A stretch of 64,000 nucleotides of DNA, taken from contig OZ316776.1 of the NCBI GenBank assembly GCA_973851085.1, positions 13,144,001-13,208,000 on the forward strand. The letters run 5' to 3'. Position numbers and translations under genes: made by a program. The stretch comes from Ptychomitrium polyphyllum. Lineage: Eukaryota. Each line of letters begins with the position of its first letter. Position 1 is the first letter of the stretch. The notes under the pieces are model-generated. The model had not been told where the DNA came from and searched no databases. It saw only the letters and a list, made by a program, of their open reading frames with translations. Of the stretch, positions 1 through 11,534 are shown piece after piece.

Positions 1-167
1 CCTGGGAGAGGCAGCCTCTGCAGGCCGTTCGCGATATGTGTGACCCGTACTTGAATCTCTTTAGGAACATCATCCCTCCTCTCTTTAATGCCCTCGACTT
101 GAGCCCTATGTTAGCGTTTATGGTGCTCGGAGTGTTGACATCCATTTTAAATACGTCTGCGAGGTGA
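1..167 (+). CDS. YLMG1: 3' end of YGGT/YlmG-family protein (plant YLMG1-type), truncated by window start
   Basis: Frame from nt 3 reads WERQPLQAVRDMCDPYLNLFRNIIPPLFNALDLSPMLAFMVLGVLTSILNTSAR*, stop TGA 165-167; DPYLNLFRNIIPP..LDxSP is the YGGT-family motif. Not in the ORF track. Confidence 0.9.
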   Translation, partial: WERQPLQAVRDMCDPYLNLFRNIIPPLFNALDLSPMLAFMVLGVLTSILNTSAR

Positions 168-3100
168 TAGGGCAAACTTACACATCATTTAGGTTTTAGG
201 ATTAAGATTTCGTAGGCGACAGAAGACAGTTCTATTTTTGTAGATGTTACACACTGCATTCCTGCTGCTCGAGGTCATTTGCGGCCTCGGTTTTGGTTAC
301 AAACCATACCTGTGTGGATTATTCTTGCTCATAGTCATAGTAACCTTGTTAGTGTTTTGAGTAGTGCTACTGCATGTATTTTTATATCGCAGGAGCAACT
401 GTTGGAAGTTTTCATGCCCATGCTCATGTGCGGGTGCCGTTTCCAATCACTTGTTATCACGTGTCGTTTGTCGGTTCTCGTTCAATTTTGTACCTCTGCG
501 GTTTATCATATCATGAGAAAAATTGGTTGGGACTGAATTGGATTGGTGGCTTTAATCTGGAGCTTTTGTTGTTAGCTGTCTCCTCGGTTTGTTTCCATGT
601 TTTGGCTTTACTGTGTAGGTTACACATTTCTGATATTTTATTCGATATACGCCGATTATCAACATCTTTCAAGGTTGCTGTTCCTCTTCAAAGCTTGACG
701 TAACAGTACACCTTATCCAGGAGTTCTCTCTTCCTCTCTCCCATCTCCCTCTCCAAATCCTCCAGGTCAATTTCCGATCCTAGAGGCTCTAAAACCCTTG
801 CAATCATTAACCTCCGAAGCGTCTGCTCGACTTTCATTCCATACGGAACAAGCTCTTAGATAATCATTCTCACCTCCAAGCATCTGTAGTTGAAGTGTGG
901 AAACGAACACCTAAACACAACACTTGCATACAAAATCAATAACAGTATGTTTCAAGTTACATAAATCTGTCATCAGTCCTTCCGCCGCAGTTAGTTACAT
1001 CAAGACGAATACGGGCGGCTTCGTGATGGATGGAACACAAGCCACCACCGCATCTTATCCACAACTGATAACCGTGGGAGATATTTGGCGCCATGGAGAA
1101 AGCGGCGATACGTCGTCATCGTCATGGTGGACCAGACACGGTTGTGTTGGCACTGCAACCCACATTTGCTGTGAAGCTTCTAGTTGAACTCTAGCAATCA
1201 GACCAACTCAGGAGGAAAGTGAGGTTGAAGCTCAAGAATGGTGAGCCTGGTCCAGAAACTTTATTTGTGCAGGAGGATCTGGACTTCGAAGGGTAGGACA
1301 ATTGGATTCGCAAGTTGTGCAATAACTTAGATAAGGCTCCCATCGTGCGAAATTCAATTTTGGTTGCTGTTGGAGAACTGGAGCAGCGATTGAAGGTTAG
1401 CAAGGAGCATTATAGAATAGGCTATGGTTGGAATTTGGAAGAATTTTAAATTTGCAGGATTTTGCATATATTTGCTCACTGCTACGATTCGGGCACGGCG
1501 GATATATGCGGCCTTCGGAAATGGGACGTTTGTAGACCTAGAGTTAGATGTTAGCGCTATCTTTGCATTCGTTGCAAGTGATGGTTTCAATGGTGGAAAG
1601 GATATGGGAAGGATAACAACGAAACATCGTAGGTATCATGGTGGAATGCAATGTTAATGGACTAGAGCTCGCACAAAACTCAATTTAGTCGACTTTAGAA
1701 TGTCACCCCCCGGCTGCAAAGCTGCACCATCCTGCAACTTCGTTAGAGCAGGATCTAGATCGCCGAGAAAGCGAACCATTGTATATAGTCTTTGGCATGC
1801 ATGCATGTTACCAGCTTGCATCAATTCTGCCCCAAGAGCGATTGAGGGAATCTTGAAGGTTAACGGGAATGAGGAACGATTGAACGATGATCAGAAATGA
1901 CTAGAGCTAGTAACATCCCTTGTGAAGTAGTATGGCATGTATTGAGCACATTGAGTGTGTTAGTAGTGAATGAATTTGTATAAAAATTCCAGCATTTGTC
2001 TGGGTTGGGTGGAAGCCTGGACCCTAATTGCTGTATTACCAGGAGGTCAAGCAAGACACCATCTTATGCGGTTCGTTTCTTTGCAGATGAGCACCTTTAG
2101 GTATCTTGACACTACTAAGATTCTGAAGCACCTAGCTTTGCTTTTGTATTTATGAGTCGTTCATATCCTGTGTTCGAGATTGTAGCCCTGTACTGGACTC
2201 TACTGTACACAGGAGTGGTGTCTGAAGTATCTTGCCCTGACATCTTTTAATTCCGAAGTTTGTATTTCTGTTGTCATCATCTGATGTTGTCAACTTCCGT
2301 CTTTACGAATGCGCATTGCAGTCTTTTGATATCACTTTGCAATGGGGTTGGGTTTCCACGACTGCAAGACGATCACTGGATTAGAGAAGTTACTATTTGT
2401 AGCTGAGTTGTAAGCGTTACTGAAAGAGTCTTTTTATCAAGGGCAAGAGGTACTTGCTAGTATGGAGGTCAGTTTTGTGTAATACATGGCGTCAATCTAC
2501 CATGGCACTAAGAACTTCGACCTGTTCATCTCATGTTTGAGTTTGGATAGTGGGAGAAATGTACCTTTCAATTCAGCTTCAATTCAATTTAAATTTAAAT
2601 TGGACCGTGGGCACTTCAGATTCAACGGGTGTCCTGAGGGGGCTGTACAGTGTGCTCTAGAACGAGGATTTCTAGTTCATTATTCGTTGAAAGTAGCGCC
2701 ATAACCCAGAGAAAGACGATCTGCGTGATATTTTCTCTTGTTCAGCGTCGAGATTTATTAAATCCACCTCCTTCGCTGCCTTTTTGCCTTGAAATTTGGT
2801 GGATTTTCTTGACAACTCCATGAGGAACATCTCCATGACATACACAAAAATGAAGTTGGTAGCCTTATGGACTTGGTCTCACCTTCAAGGGCACATTGCC
2901 ACGGAGGCATCTGGTAGAATGGGATTTCTCAGTTGGCCAGATATGTGGAATTTAAATTTGCTTGAAACATAATATATTGACTAGAAATTGTCAAGTTTGC
3001 ATGAAAACATGCGTCAAGAAGGGTGTCCAAAACAAAATAGAAGCATTACATGACATCTGTCTGCTTCAGCGACATCTGTTGTGTGACAAGTTAGGTGATG

Positions 3101-4251
3101 TTAGTGTCTCCATGAAAACATGCTTAAGCAAGACTGTGAAGGTAGGTAAGGTTTTTGAGACAAACTACTTAAATTAGTAGAATTATTTGTAAACTGGACC
3201 CTTTTCTCACGTAATGTCATATGTGATATTATCTCCTCCACTTTGTCTATGTTAAACTTTAGCTTGTTTATATTAAACTATATATTTATAGTGATTTTTA
3301 GTCTTTCAGTACTTAGTGACCATGTGACTCTGGTGGTAATGGGCTGTTCCACCTTACCTTGAGTTACTGAAAATCATTTCATCAACTTCCCTGAATCTCC
3401 AACAGAACCTACATTTATCAGTACCTAAAAACCAATCACACAAATGCGCTGAGATCCGAAATTCAGCAGTGCGAGTGCACGCATGACGAGGTGGAGACAC
3501 ACCTGAAGCGCTGAATTCGAGTTCTCATTCACCATGAAACACTTTGATTCCAGAGACATATATGCTGCAGGCAAACGGTTTCAAGAAAGAAAAAACATTG
3601 GAGACAATCACAGAAAATCAAAAACCAGGATGCGTTTCATTGACGACTTTCTTGCACGCAGACAAATTAGAGAGCAACGAACAACCCAAACAGCAATAAC
3701 GCATAACTGACAAGATCCATTGACACAAATAACATGGCACAAGTTCTTGAAAAAGTAGACAATGAGACTTGTCTCTCGTTATATTCTCATAAATGAGACT
3801 TCCACATGTGCTTTGCAATGGAAGCAAGTGAACTGAGCTCAGAGCCTCATCTTTCCGTGGCTCAACAAAACTTTCATAATCGTGAGTAGCAAAACCCCCT
3901 TCCAATATGCACACTATCCAAAACACCGACCTTCTAATTAAACGAGCACAGAAGCACTGTTCTACAAAGCCATTTGCAAAACTACTGCTCTGCGGACCTT
4001 GATTAGCACAACCTCCACCATCAAAGAGACACCCAGTTCCAAGGCAAATATTCCCATCCAGGCAACATCCAGCCCAAAACTTTCCATTCCTAAGCTAACC
4101 TACAATCTCTCGCACAACTACTTCTCAACAATGCCGCCCTCCCCAACACCCCAGGCAATATGTGCACATCCACTACATCCCATGCTCCCTCTATGTGTAT
4201 ATTACACGCCACACTCGGCCCACGTCGGGACATCCCGCCACCCCACACGTC

Positions 4252-5649
4252 TCACACCGCGATCGCCAAGCTCTTCCGCTCCAGCCGTTGCTCCTCGATC
4301 AAGCTTCTGATCGACGACGTCAGGCCCGCGTCTCTCAGGATTGATGCCAGTCCAGCCTGCCCGCGTCGCTGGAACACTCGAGGCTTCAGCGCCGGGGGCG
4401 TCCACTCGCTGTTGTTCACGGCCGCCGGCGCTGCCACTGCCTTCGTGCTCGCCACCTCCGTAGGCCTCCTCGCCACCACATTCTTCACCTCCCTCATCGC
4501 CCGCCTCTCCCCGCCCCCCAGGTAGTCCACCTCCATCTCGTCCGCGTGCCTGCCGCTCCATCCGTTGTCCCTCGCGGCCATGCGCGACATGTTGTTCGAC
4601 GTGTCCTCGCCGTGCGTCTTGTGCACCGCGTCGTTCGTCGTCCGCCTGTACGACGAAAACCACTTCGCCCGCATGTACTCGGGCTTCCTCCACGGCGCCA
4701 GGTGCATCCCGCTCTTCTTGATCGACAGCTTCACCGCCTCCGACATGATGTTCACCATCTGGAACAGCCGATCCGCCCTGCCCACGAACACCGCGGGCAG
4801 CACCTGCACCACCGCCTTGTAGCTCGACGACGGACGGGCTATCTCGAATTGCGCCCTGAACTCGATGTCGATCATCACGCGCTCGCTCTTGCCGGTCGGG
4901 CCCTCGAACACCACGTCCATGTACTCGTAGTCGCCCCCGGGGAAGCTCCCCACCTGCTCCCACCGCGACTTGCAGATTGCGGCATTGTACCCTCCGTTCT
5001 GAAGGTGCTTCATCACCTGCCGTCTCGGGCACCTGCTCGCGCCGCCCGCCGCGGACGCCGCATCGCTGGCCGCGGCCACGGCCTTCGTCGCCTCCGCCAG
5101 CAGCATCCGCTCGGTCGCGCTCGCGCTCGCCACCAAGTCCTGCAGAATCTCCGAAAGCTCTCCGCCCAAACAAGACCTGTACTCGTCCACCTCGTTGCAG
5201 TCGCACATCGACCCGCCCAATTTGCAGCTGCACCGCGACCTCGCGCTCCGCCCGCTGTCCGCCTCGTCCTCCATGAACCTGTCCACCATGGCGCCCAGGC
5301 ACACGGAGTTGATCTCATGCTCGCTCCCGCTGCTCGTGTAGTTGTACCCGAACCTGCTCTCCACGTCCGCTCCGCTGCCAAACAGCTTGCTTCTCATCCT
5401 CTCCGCATCGGATTCCGGGCCCTTCGATGGACCACCGCCTGCCGCTTCGCAAGCTCGGAGCTGCGACGACAACAATCCCATCGTCCTGCCATTCCCCTTC
5501 ATCGTGCCCACGCGCACCACCGTCGTCGCCCCGGACCCAGCGTCCTCGCGTCCCTGCTCCGCCTTGGCTCGGGCCAGCGCTCTGGTGCCGCTGCTGCTCC
5601 TCGCCTTGGAACCACCTCCCACCGATCTCATCGGCAACACCGCAGGCAT
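4252..5649 (-). CDS. DUF506 (plant PDDEXK-like family) protein, 465 aa, intronless, copy 1
   Basis: GYNAAICKSRW..FPGGDYEYMDV..RVMIDIEFRAQFEIARPSSSY..LPAVFVG..MHLAPWRKPEYMRAKW is the DUF506 signature; N-terminal SSGSEHE..CLGAMVDRFME also typical; GC-rich ORF. Confidence 0.93.
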   Translation of the reverse strand: MPAVLPMRSVGGGSKARSSSGTRALARAKAEQGREDAGSGATTVVRVGTMKGNGRTMGLLSSQLRACEAAGGGPSKGPESDAERMRSKLFGSGADVESRFGYNYTSSGSEHEINSVCLGAMVDRFMEDEADSGRSARSRCSCKLGGSMCDCNEVDEYRSCLGGELSEILQDLVASASATERMLLAEATKAVAAASDAASAAGGASRCPRRQVMKHLQNGGYNAAICKSRWEQVGSFPGGDYEYMDVVFEGPTGKSERVMIDIEFRAQFEIARPSSSYKAVVQVLPAVFVGRADRLFQMVNIMSEAVKLSIKKSGMHLAPWRKPEYMRAKWFSSYRRTTNDAVHKTHGEDTSNNMSRMAARDNGWSGRHADEMEVDYLGGGERRAMREVKNVVARRPTEVASTKAVAAPAAVNNSEWTPPALKPRVFQRRGQAGLASILRDAGLTSSIRSLIEEQRLERKSLAIAV

Positions 5650-5864
5650 CGTCGCCTCCCTCCACCTCTCCCGAATCGCTCCCTTTCTCGGATGCGAACA
5701 ACGCTAGAGAATGACCTTCCCCACCTGCTCAATATCCATAGAGCCTCAAAACTCTCACTTTGCGCTCACCAAACTGCAGCTGATCCTCCTGCCCTTGTCA
5801 CAATCTGAGTAGCGCTGAAATTTGCTCTGAAATTCTCACAATCTATGCTCCTGGGCCGATGAGG

Positions 5865-5871
5865 TTATATA
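5865..5871 (-). promoter_or_regulatory. Candidate TATA box (TATATAA) upstream of DUF506 copy 1
   Basis: Minus strand reads CAAGTATATAACCTC about 215 bp upstream of the ATG; a second TATAAA lies near 5981-5986. Confidence 0.35.
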
Positions 5872-7657
5872 CTTGTGTCTGTTCGTTTCCGGTGATGGAG
5901 GAGATGGAGATTGGAGTGTTGAAGAAGCTTGAAGAAGCTTGTGAAATACAACTTCAAATTGAGCGCGCAGCCGTCAAACGTTTATAGAGCTCTCGGAGAA
6001 TGTCTGCGGGGCTGGGTGGATGAGTGTTGGTCGGACGGATGATAATGTCTGAGGGTATTCATGGATTGCGAGCAGTTAGTGGGGTGGAGTAGGCGGCTTA
6101 TTGGACTCTGACTCTGGTCGTGGTCAGTCGCACGTAAGTCAAATTCACTAATTGCTCAGGGGCGAAAACGTTCTTGCTCTTGGAACATACAAATCTTCAG
6201 CGGCGAAGTATAAAGCATCCGTGGATATCCAGCAAGAAATTTGAAAGTATAATTTGTACATGAAAGTTCAATACCGGTTCTTAAACATCAAATAACAGAG
6301 TGAGATTTAGAGGTTTCTATGATTTGTTTCAAAGAACTTAATCAAGAAGACAAATAGCAAAAAGAAGATTTCAATTTTTAGAATCTTTTCAGTGAAGTAA
6401 ATTAAATTTTGAGACTCTAAAATCTTTTATTTAGAATAGCTTAGTAATTATAGATAGTCAATAATAAATAAATGCCTAATATATTTTCAAACCTTTATGA
6501 TTGGTAAGGTTGTTAGATATGACAAATTCAAAAAAAAAATTAAATAACTTGTAATGAATGTGATGGTTGTGACTAGGAACATGGCAAATACTTTTCAAGT
6601 ATTTTTGAAATTTTCCAAATATACCTAAATATACTTGAATATACTAAAAGTCTTCAATATTCTTGAATGTTCTAAGAATATGCTAATTCATCATGAGTCA
6701 TAACAAGGGATCACTGTAACAAATTGTTAAACCTTGCTGGATTTCAAATCTTATTTTTTATATGCCAAAATTATTTTTAAAATTTACAATGTTTACAAAA
6801 GAAGGTGGGAAATAGAAAGTTTCTCTTAAAAAACAACTCATTGAAGGTGTTGAAATGCCACAAATCAATCCTACAACTTGTCCTTCAATCCTACATTCTC
6901 TTATCCTTGAGTTCAACATCTTTTTATTAATTTGCAATACTTCACAATAGGCACTTAAGTTAAAGTTTAATATGATCCAACATATGCACACCAATTATAC
7001 AATAACTCTTGAAATAAAACAAGCTAAAACCTTTGTTTTACTCATGGTTACAATTACACCAAAATAAATCAATATGACTCTTTATAAGTTTAGAATGTAA
7101 AAGAGATAAAAAACAAGAAAGAATGAGGGATTAAATTCTAAACACCTTTTTAAGAGGATCTCCTCTTAACCTTAGCCGCGACTAACTAACCTTGTCCTTT
7201 GTCCAAATCTTGGAAAATTAACAAATTTATCCAGTATAACCTTTATTATGCAAAGTTACCATCTACAAAATCATTGTCCTACATAAATGTTGCGGTAGGA
7301 TTCACTTTACTAAGAAATATTCCTTATCATGGTAGTAATGGGCTGTTCTAAGGTTCTTAGAACAGATTGCATTAGTTTCTGAAAGTAATGAAATGTCATC
7401 CATTGCAGCCTTTAACATTATTTTAGACACACTTCTGAAACCTAATGCTATCCGTTTTAGGTTGCTGCCTGTATGTATTATTTGTTTTTAACAAATGTAA
7501 CACCATCATCCATGGATACATTATCATCCTTGGTAATGCTAAATAACCTTTCTCCAAACCAGTCCTTCAATGAATACTCAAGTATGTTATGTTTGGATGA
7601 TTTCATACGTGAAATACTTTTTTCAATATTTTCAAAGGTTACTTTCGAACTTCGTTG

Positions 7658-9980
7658 GTTATACTCAAATTGGTGGCCAGGGGAGGCAGCAGAAGTGGTT
7701 GCAGCTCCTTGAAAGTTTAAGCCTGCGGTGGCGTAAAGCTACGCCAGTAGTGATGAAGTCACCAGATCATCGAGCTTCCTAACGAAGGCACGTTGGTGGT
7801 GTCATAAGAGTGAAACCGCAACTTACGAAGAGTTCAGTCGGATGTTGCCAGAGCATATTCTGTAAATCCCAAAGCCCAGAGGTAATATACTTTGGAATGT
7901 CTTGGTTGCTTCGTTTCTGGACCATGAGGCGTCGGCAGCTTGACCATGGCCTCTACGTTCCATGATAGTTCCAGGCGCATTCAGTGGAGCCATCTTCGCT
8001 GTGTCGACTGGAGATGTGCAAATAGGCTGTGACTTTTCAAGCACCTTGCAGACGAAACTTCGTCCCATGGATGAGATGATATGGAGGATGTTGATCAAAT
8101 GTGGATGTAGACTGTATTTAAAATAGATTTATAAATGAACAATTGGGTTTAAAAATGAATGTAAACTGGATTGTGTGTAGGCTGATAACCAGGATGCTTC
8201 GTTTGGTAAAATCTTCAAGCGTATCTACTTTTTAGCGATTTGATGCGTTTGATTTCTTTTTAAAACATCTGTAACGGAGGCTAAGTTCAAATATGTGGTT
8301 TAAGGTAAGCACGTGTCGCTTAAGTGAAAACTCTCGAGTCGGAACTGATTCCACTTTACGAACACGGTGTACACATTTGACGAGAATCTTCGGAAGCATC
8401 CTGCTGAAATCTTCATTATGCTCTGATAAAGCCCCATGACTCTAGTGCACCATCAGCAAAACTGCCTTGAATCAGCCTGGGCTCTCGGGTAATTTTGCAG
8501 TCCATTCCAAGGTTAACGTCCATTTAGGCACAAGGCACAGTCTCAGTGATGATGACAGTCGGTATTGGAGCCTGACCAAAGCAAATAATTTACCTATTTC
8601 TGTTTTTTTAGAAACAATGTCGAAGCACAGAGTGGGCACATGTGATATCCATGCTAGTGATTGATTGCGTTGTCCCTTATGTCATGAGTGGTCAAGTCTC
8701 GTCTTACATTGTATGTTTGTGGCTCTGGTGTGCTTAAAATGAGAAACAAAGATATCATTTTCATCACATAAAATAAAGCTAAAAATGTTCTGCATTACAG
8801 GAAAAGTTTTAAGAAACCAAAACTCCCAATTAGATTAATTTACAGCCTTGAAGTATTTCAGCTACGTCATTCATGGAGATTACAACTTGGTTTCCTGCTG
8901 AAGACATTGCAAACAGTGGGAAGCTCTTCTGCTGATCATTCTCAATAGGAGCAAGGTACAAAAACAGCCTCAAGTTCCTGTCACACGTATGCTAGTTTTC
9001 TGGAGCTTCTTTCATAGTGCAACTTGATGGTGTGAAATTCTGTCCTGTTGTAATAGTTCCGGCACACATGTTTTGGAAATTTCGGTTGAAACATCAGAGT
9101 AATGCCAATTTCAGAAAACCGATTACCAGTAGGTCAAATTGAGTTACCGTGTAAGACGCGAGAACCATCATCAATGCCTTGCGTCAGTTACATACTCTAC
9201 CTCCGGCTTATTGGGTTCTCTTTCTGCTCTGTGTGGACAGATTTGGAACACCTCGTTACCGTGAATTATGCAGAACTTAAACTACTCCTTGTAAAGTGCT
9301 TTTCACCGTGAGTTTCTAAACTAAGATTTAGCTTCATACTACATAATCTTTCCAAAAAAATAATTCACAAATAAAACGCATTGGATGGCACACACCTGAG
9401 CAAAAAAAAAGCTTAAAGAAAACTCCATTTATCCACCGATCCATAATAATTTATTGCTTACAAGAAACTTATTGCCATGTGGTACCTGCGTTTACAGCCC
9501 ACCGAGGAAATCTGCTTAAGAAATTAAAAGGAATTTCATGCAAAGGGCAAACTTTCATGCAAAGACAGCTCCGTTAGGCGGGGGTTTAGGAACTTTCTGA
9601 CTACATCATTGAACGTAGAGGCCATGAACCTCAGCCTGGTGGACTGTGGCTCAGAAACGAAGCAATCAAGGCATTCCAAAGTGTATTACCTCCGGGCTTT
9701 GGGATTTACAGAATATGCTCTGGCCACATCCGACTGAACTCTTCGTGAATTGCGGTTGAACTCTTATGACACCACCAACGTGCCTTCGTTAGCAAGGTCG
9801 ATGATCTGGTGACTTCATCACCCCTGATGAGTTATAGTGACTTTACTCAACTGTTGTTTTGCTTAATGCTTCGAACAACAGTAGAGATGCTGTATTTTAA
9901 ACAAGTGCAGACTCAAGCTTTCAAGGAGCTACAACTGTTCCTGGCGCCTCCTTTTGCTATCGATTGGAGCGCAAGTCACT
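7658..9980. repeat. Diverged inverted repeat (arms ~7658-7970 and ~9598-9980), possibly decayed LRR-type gene fragments
   Basis: GTGATGAAGTCACCAGATCATCGA...CCAGAGCATATTCTGTAAATCCCAAAGCCC at 7750-7877 is the reverse complement of ~9694-9821; the outer part has GCTCCTTGAAAG in both arms (LLESLSL with synonymous changes). Confidence 0.85.
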
Positions 9981-10126
9981 CGTGTACCTTCAAATCATTG
10001 GAACTATATTTCAGCGGGTGCAAAAAGTTGGGACATATGTGTCACAAGACAGAAGGGAAATAAACAAAAATGCCTATCCCCATTAAAAATTTACATTTAA
10101 AAACCTGTTCCATTCAAAAGGAGTAA

Positions 10127-10217
10127 GAATAAAAATGTGGCAATGCAGGAATAAAAATGTGGCAATGCAGGAATAAAAATGTGGCAATGCAGGAATAAAA
10201 ATGTGGCAATGCAGGAA
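10127..10217. repeat. Minisatellite, 22-bp unit GAATAAAAATGTGGCAATGCAG x4
   Basis: Four perfect tandem copies read directly. Confidence 0.95.
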
Positions 10218-11534
10218 GTAAAAAGACTTGTGAATGATGAATCATGCATAGTACGTACAAGCAGCAGAGGCCTGGTATCAAGTATGAGAAGTGTGACTAA
10301 GCTTGTCGACACTCTCAGTCAATGAACGGGCAAGTTTGCCACTGTGGAGCCATAAGAGAAGCCCAGGACCAGTCATTTAACAAGGGCCCCACATTAGAGA
10401 GAACAAGTCCACCAACTGAAACAACCATGTACGATACTCAAAAAAAATTGTCCTCATAATTCATGGGTCACGTCAGTGACTCAACAGAATAAACCTTTAT
10501 ACTTGAAACACCTAGTCACTTGTAAAACTTCAAGGAAAGACGAGGATGTGTGAAACAGCAATTTTTCGGAAGCAGATACTATGGAGAGGCATATTGGAGG
10601 GAATCTGTGCATAATGAAATGTTTTTGTGCAAGCCTTTCCTAACATCTCATCAGAACAATCAAGCAGCGGCTTTCGTCTCTAACTCTCGCATGAGGAAAC
10701 CAAATTGCTGAAAACCCTTGCATTATTTCGCATATCCAAAGAAGGCATCCCACATTTATTTACTGTAGGCATTCACATCCAAAAATCACCTCTGTTTTTC
10801 ATCACGCCACTCCTGATTCTAGAAAGAATTTCGCTGTGACAGAAGAAATGTAACGAACGAAAAAATTAAGGGCGTCTTGCCTAAAGACAACAATCCGTAG
10901 AACGATACCTGATTAAAATAATTACTTCCAACTGAAAACAACGGATACCCACAAACACTAAGCTAAACAGCAGATACACCGTGACAACTTCAAAATCACT
11001 TCAGCAAGCAAAACCTAGCATTAAACCTATTTCATGGTACAAGTCCTTGATTCGAAGTAGACAATGAGACTTGTCTCTCATTATATTCTCATAAATGAGA
11101 CTTCCACATGTGCTTTGCAATGGAAGCAAGTGAACTGAACTCAGAGCCTCATCTTTCTCTGGCTCGTCAAAAAATGCTTAGTCCCGACTGGCGAAACCCA
11201 CTCCTACCAATATACACACTCACTAACCAGTGTTCTGTGCTACCTAACTGTAGAAAATGTGCAGCACACATACCAGCCCAACATATCAGCCGCGAAATTC
11301 GTTCTCAGCACACAATCATACTCCAGACGCCACGGTACATAACCGCAACATCCAGCCCAAAACTTTCCATTCCTAAGCTAACCTACAATCTCTCGCACAA
11401 CTACTTCTCAACAATGCCGCCCTCCCCAACACCCCAGGCAATATGTGCACATCCACTACATCCCATGCTCCCTCTATGTGTATATTACACGCCACACTCG
11501 GCCCACGTCGGGACATCCCGCCACCCCACACGTC

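Noticed and set aside
3451..3526. Three-way-junction fold resembling a hammerhead ribozyme (stems ATTCAGC/GCTGAAT, TGCG/CGCA, GGTG/CACC, with TGACGA and GAA linkers)
   Set aside because: The core deviates at essential positions (no C3 before UGANGA, TGAAG instead of GAAA, no NUH cleavage triplet); probably chance. An Infernal hammerhead search would settle it.
4546..5808. Long antisense and alternative-frame ORFs over DUF506 (420/438 aa on +, 366 aa on -), also at 11485-13145
   Set aside because: Arg/His/Pro/Gly-rich shadow frames expected from very GC-rich codon usage; the + frames begin at GTG; no recognisable domains.
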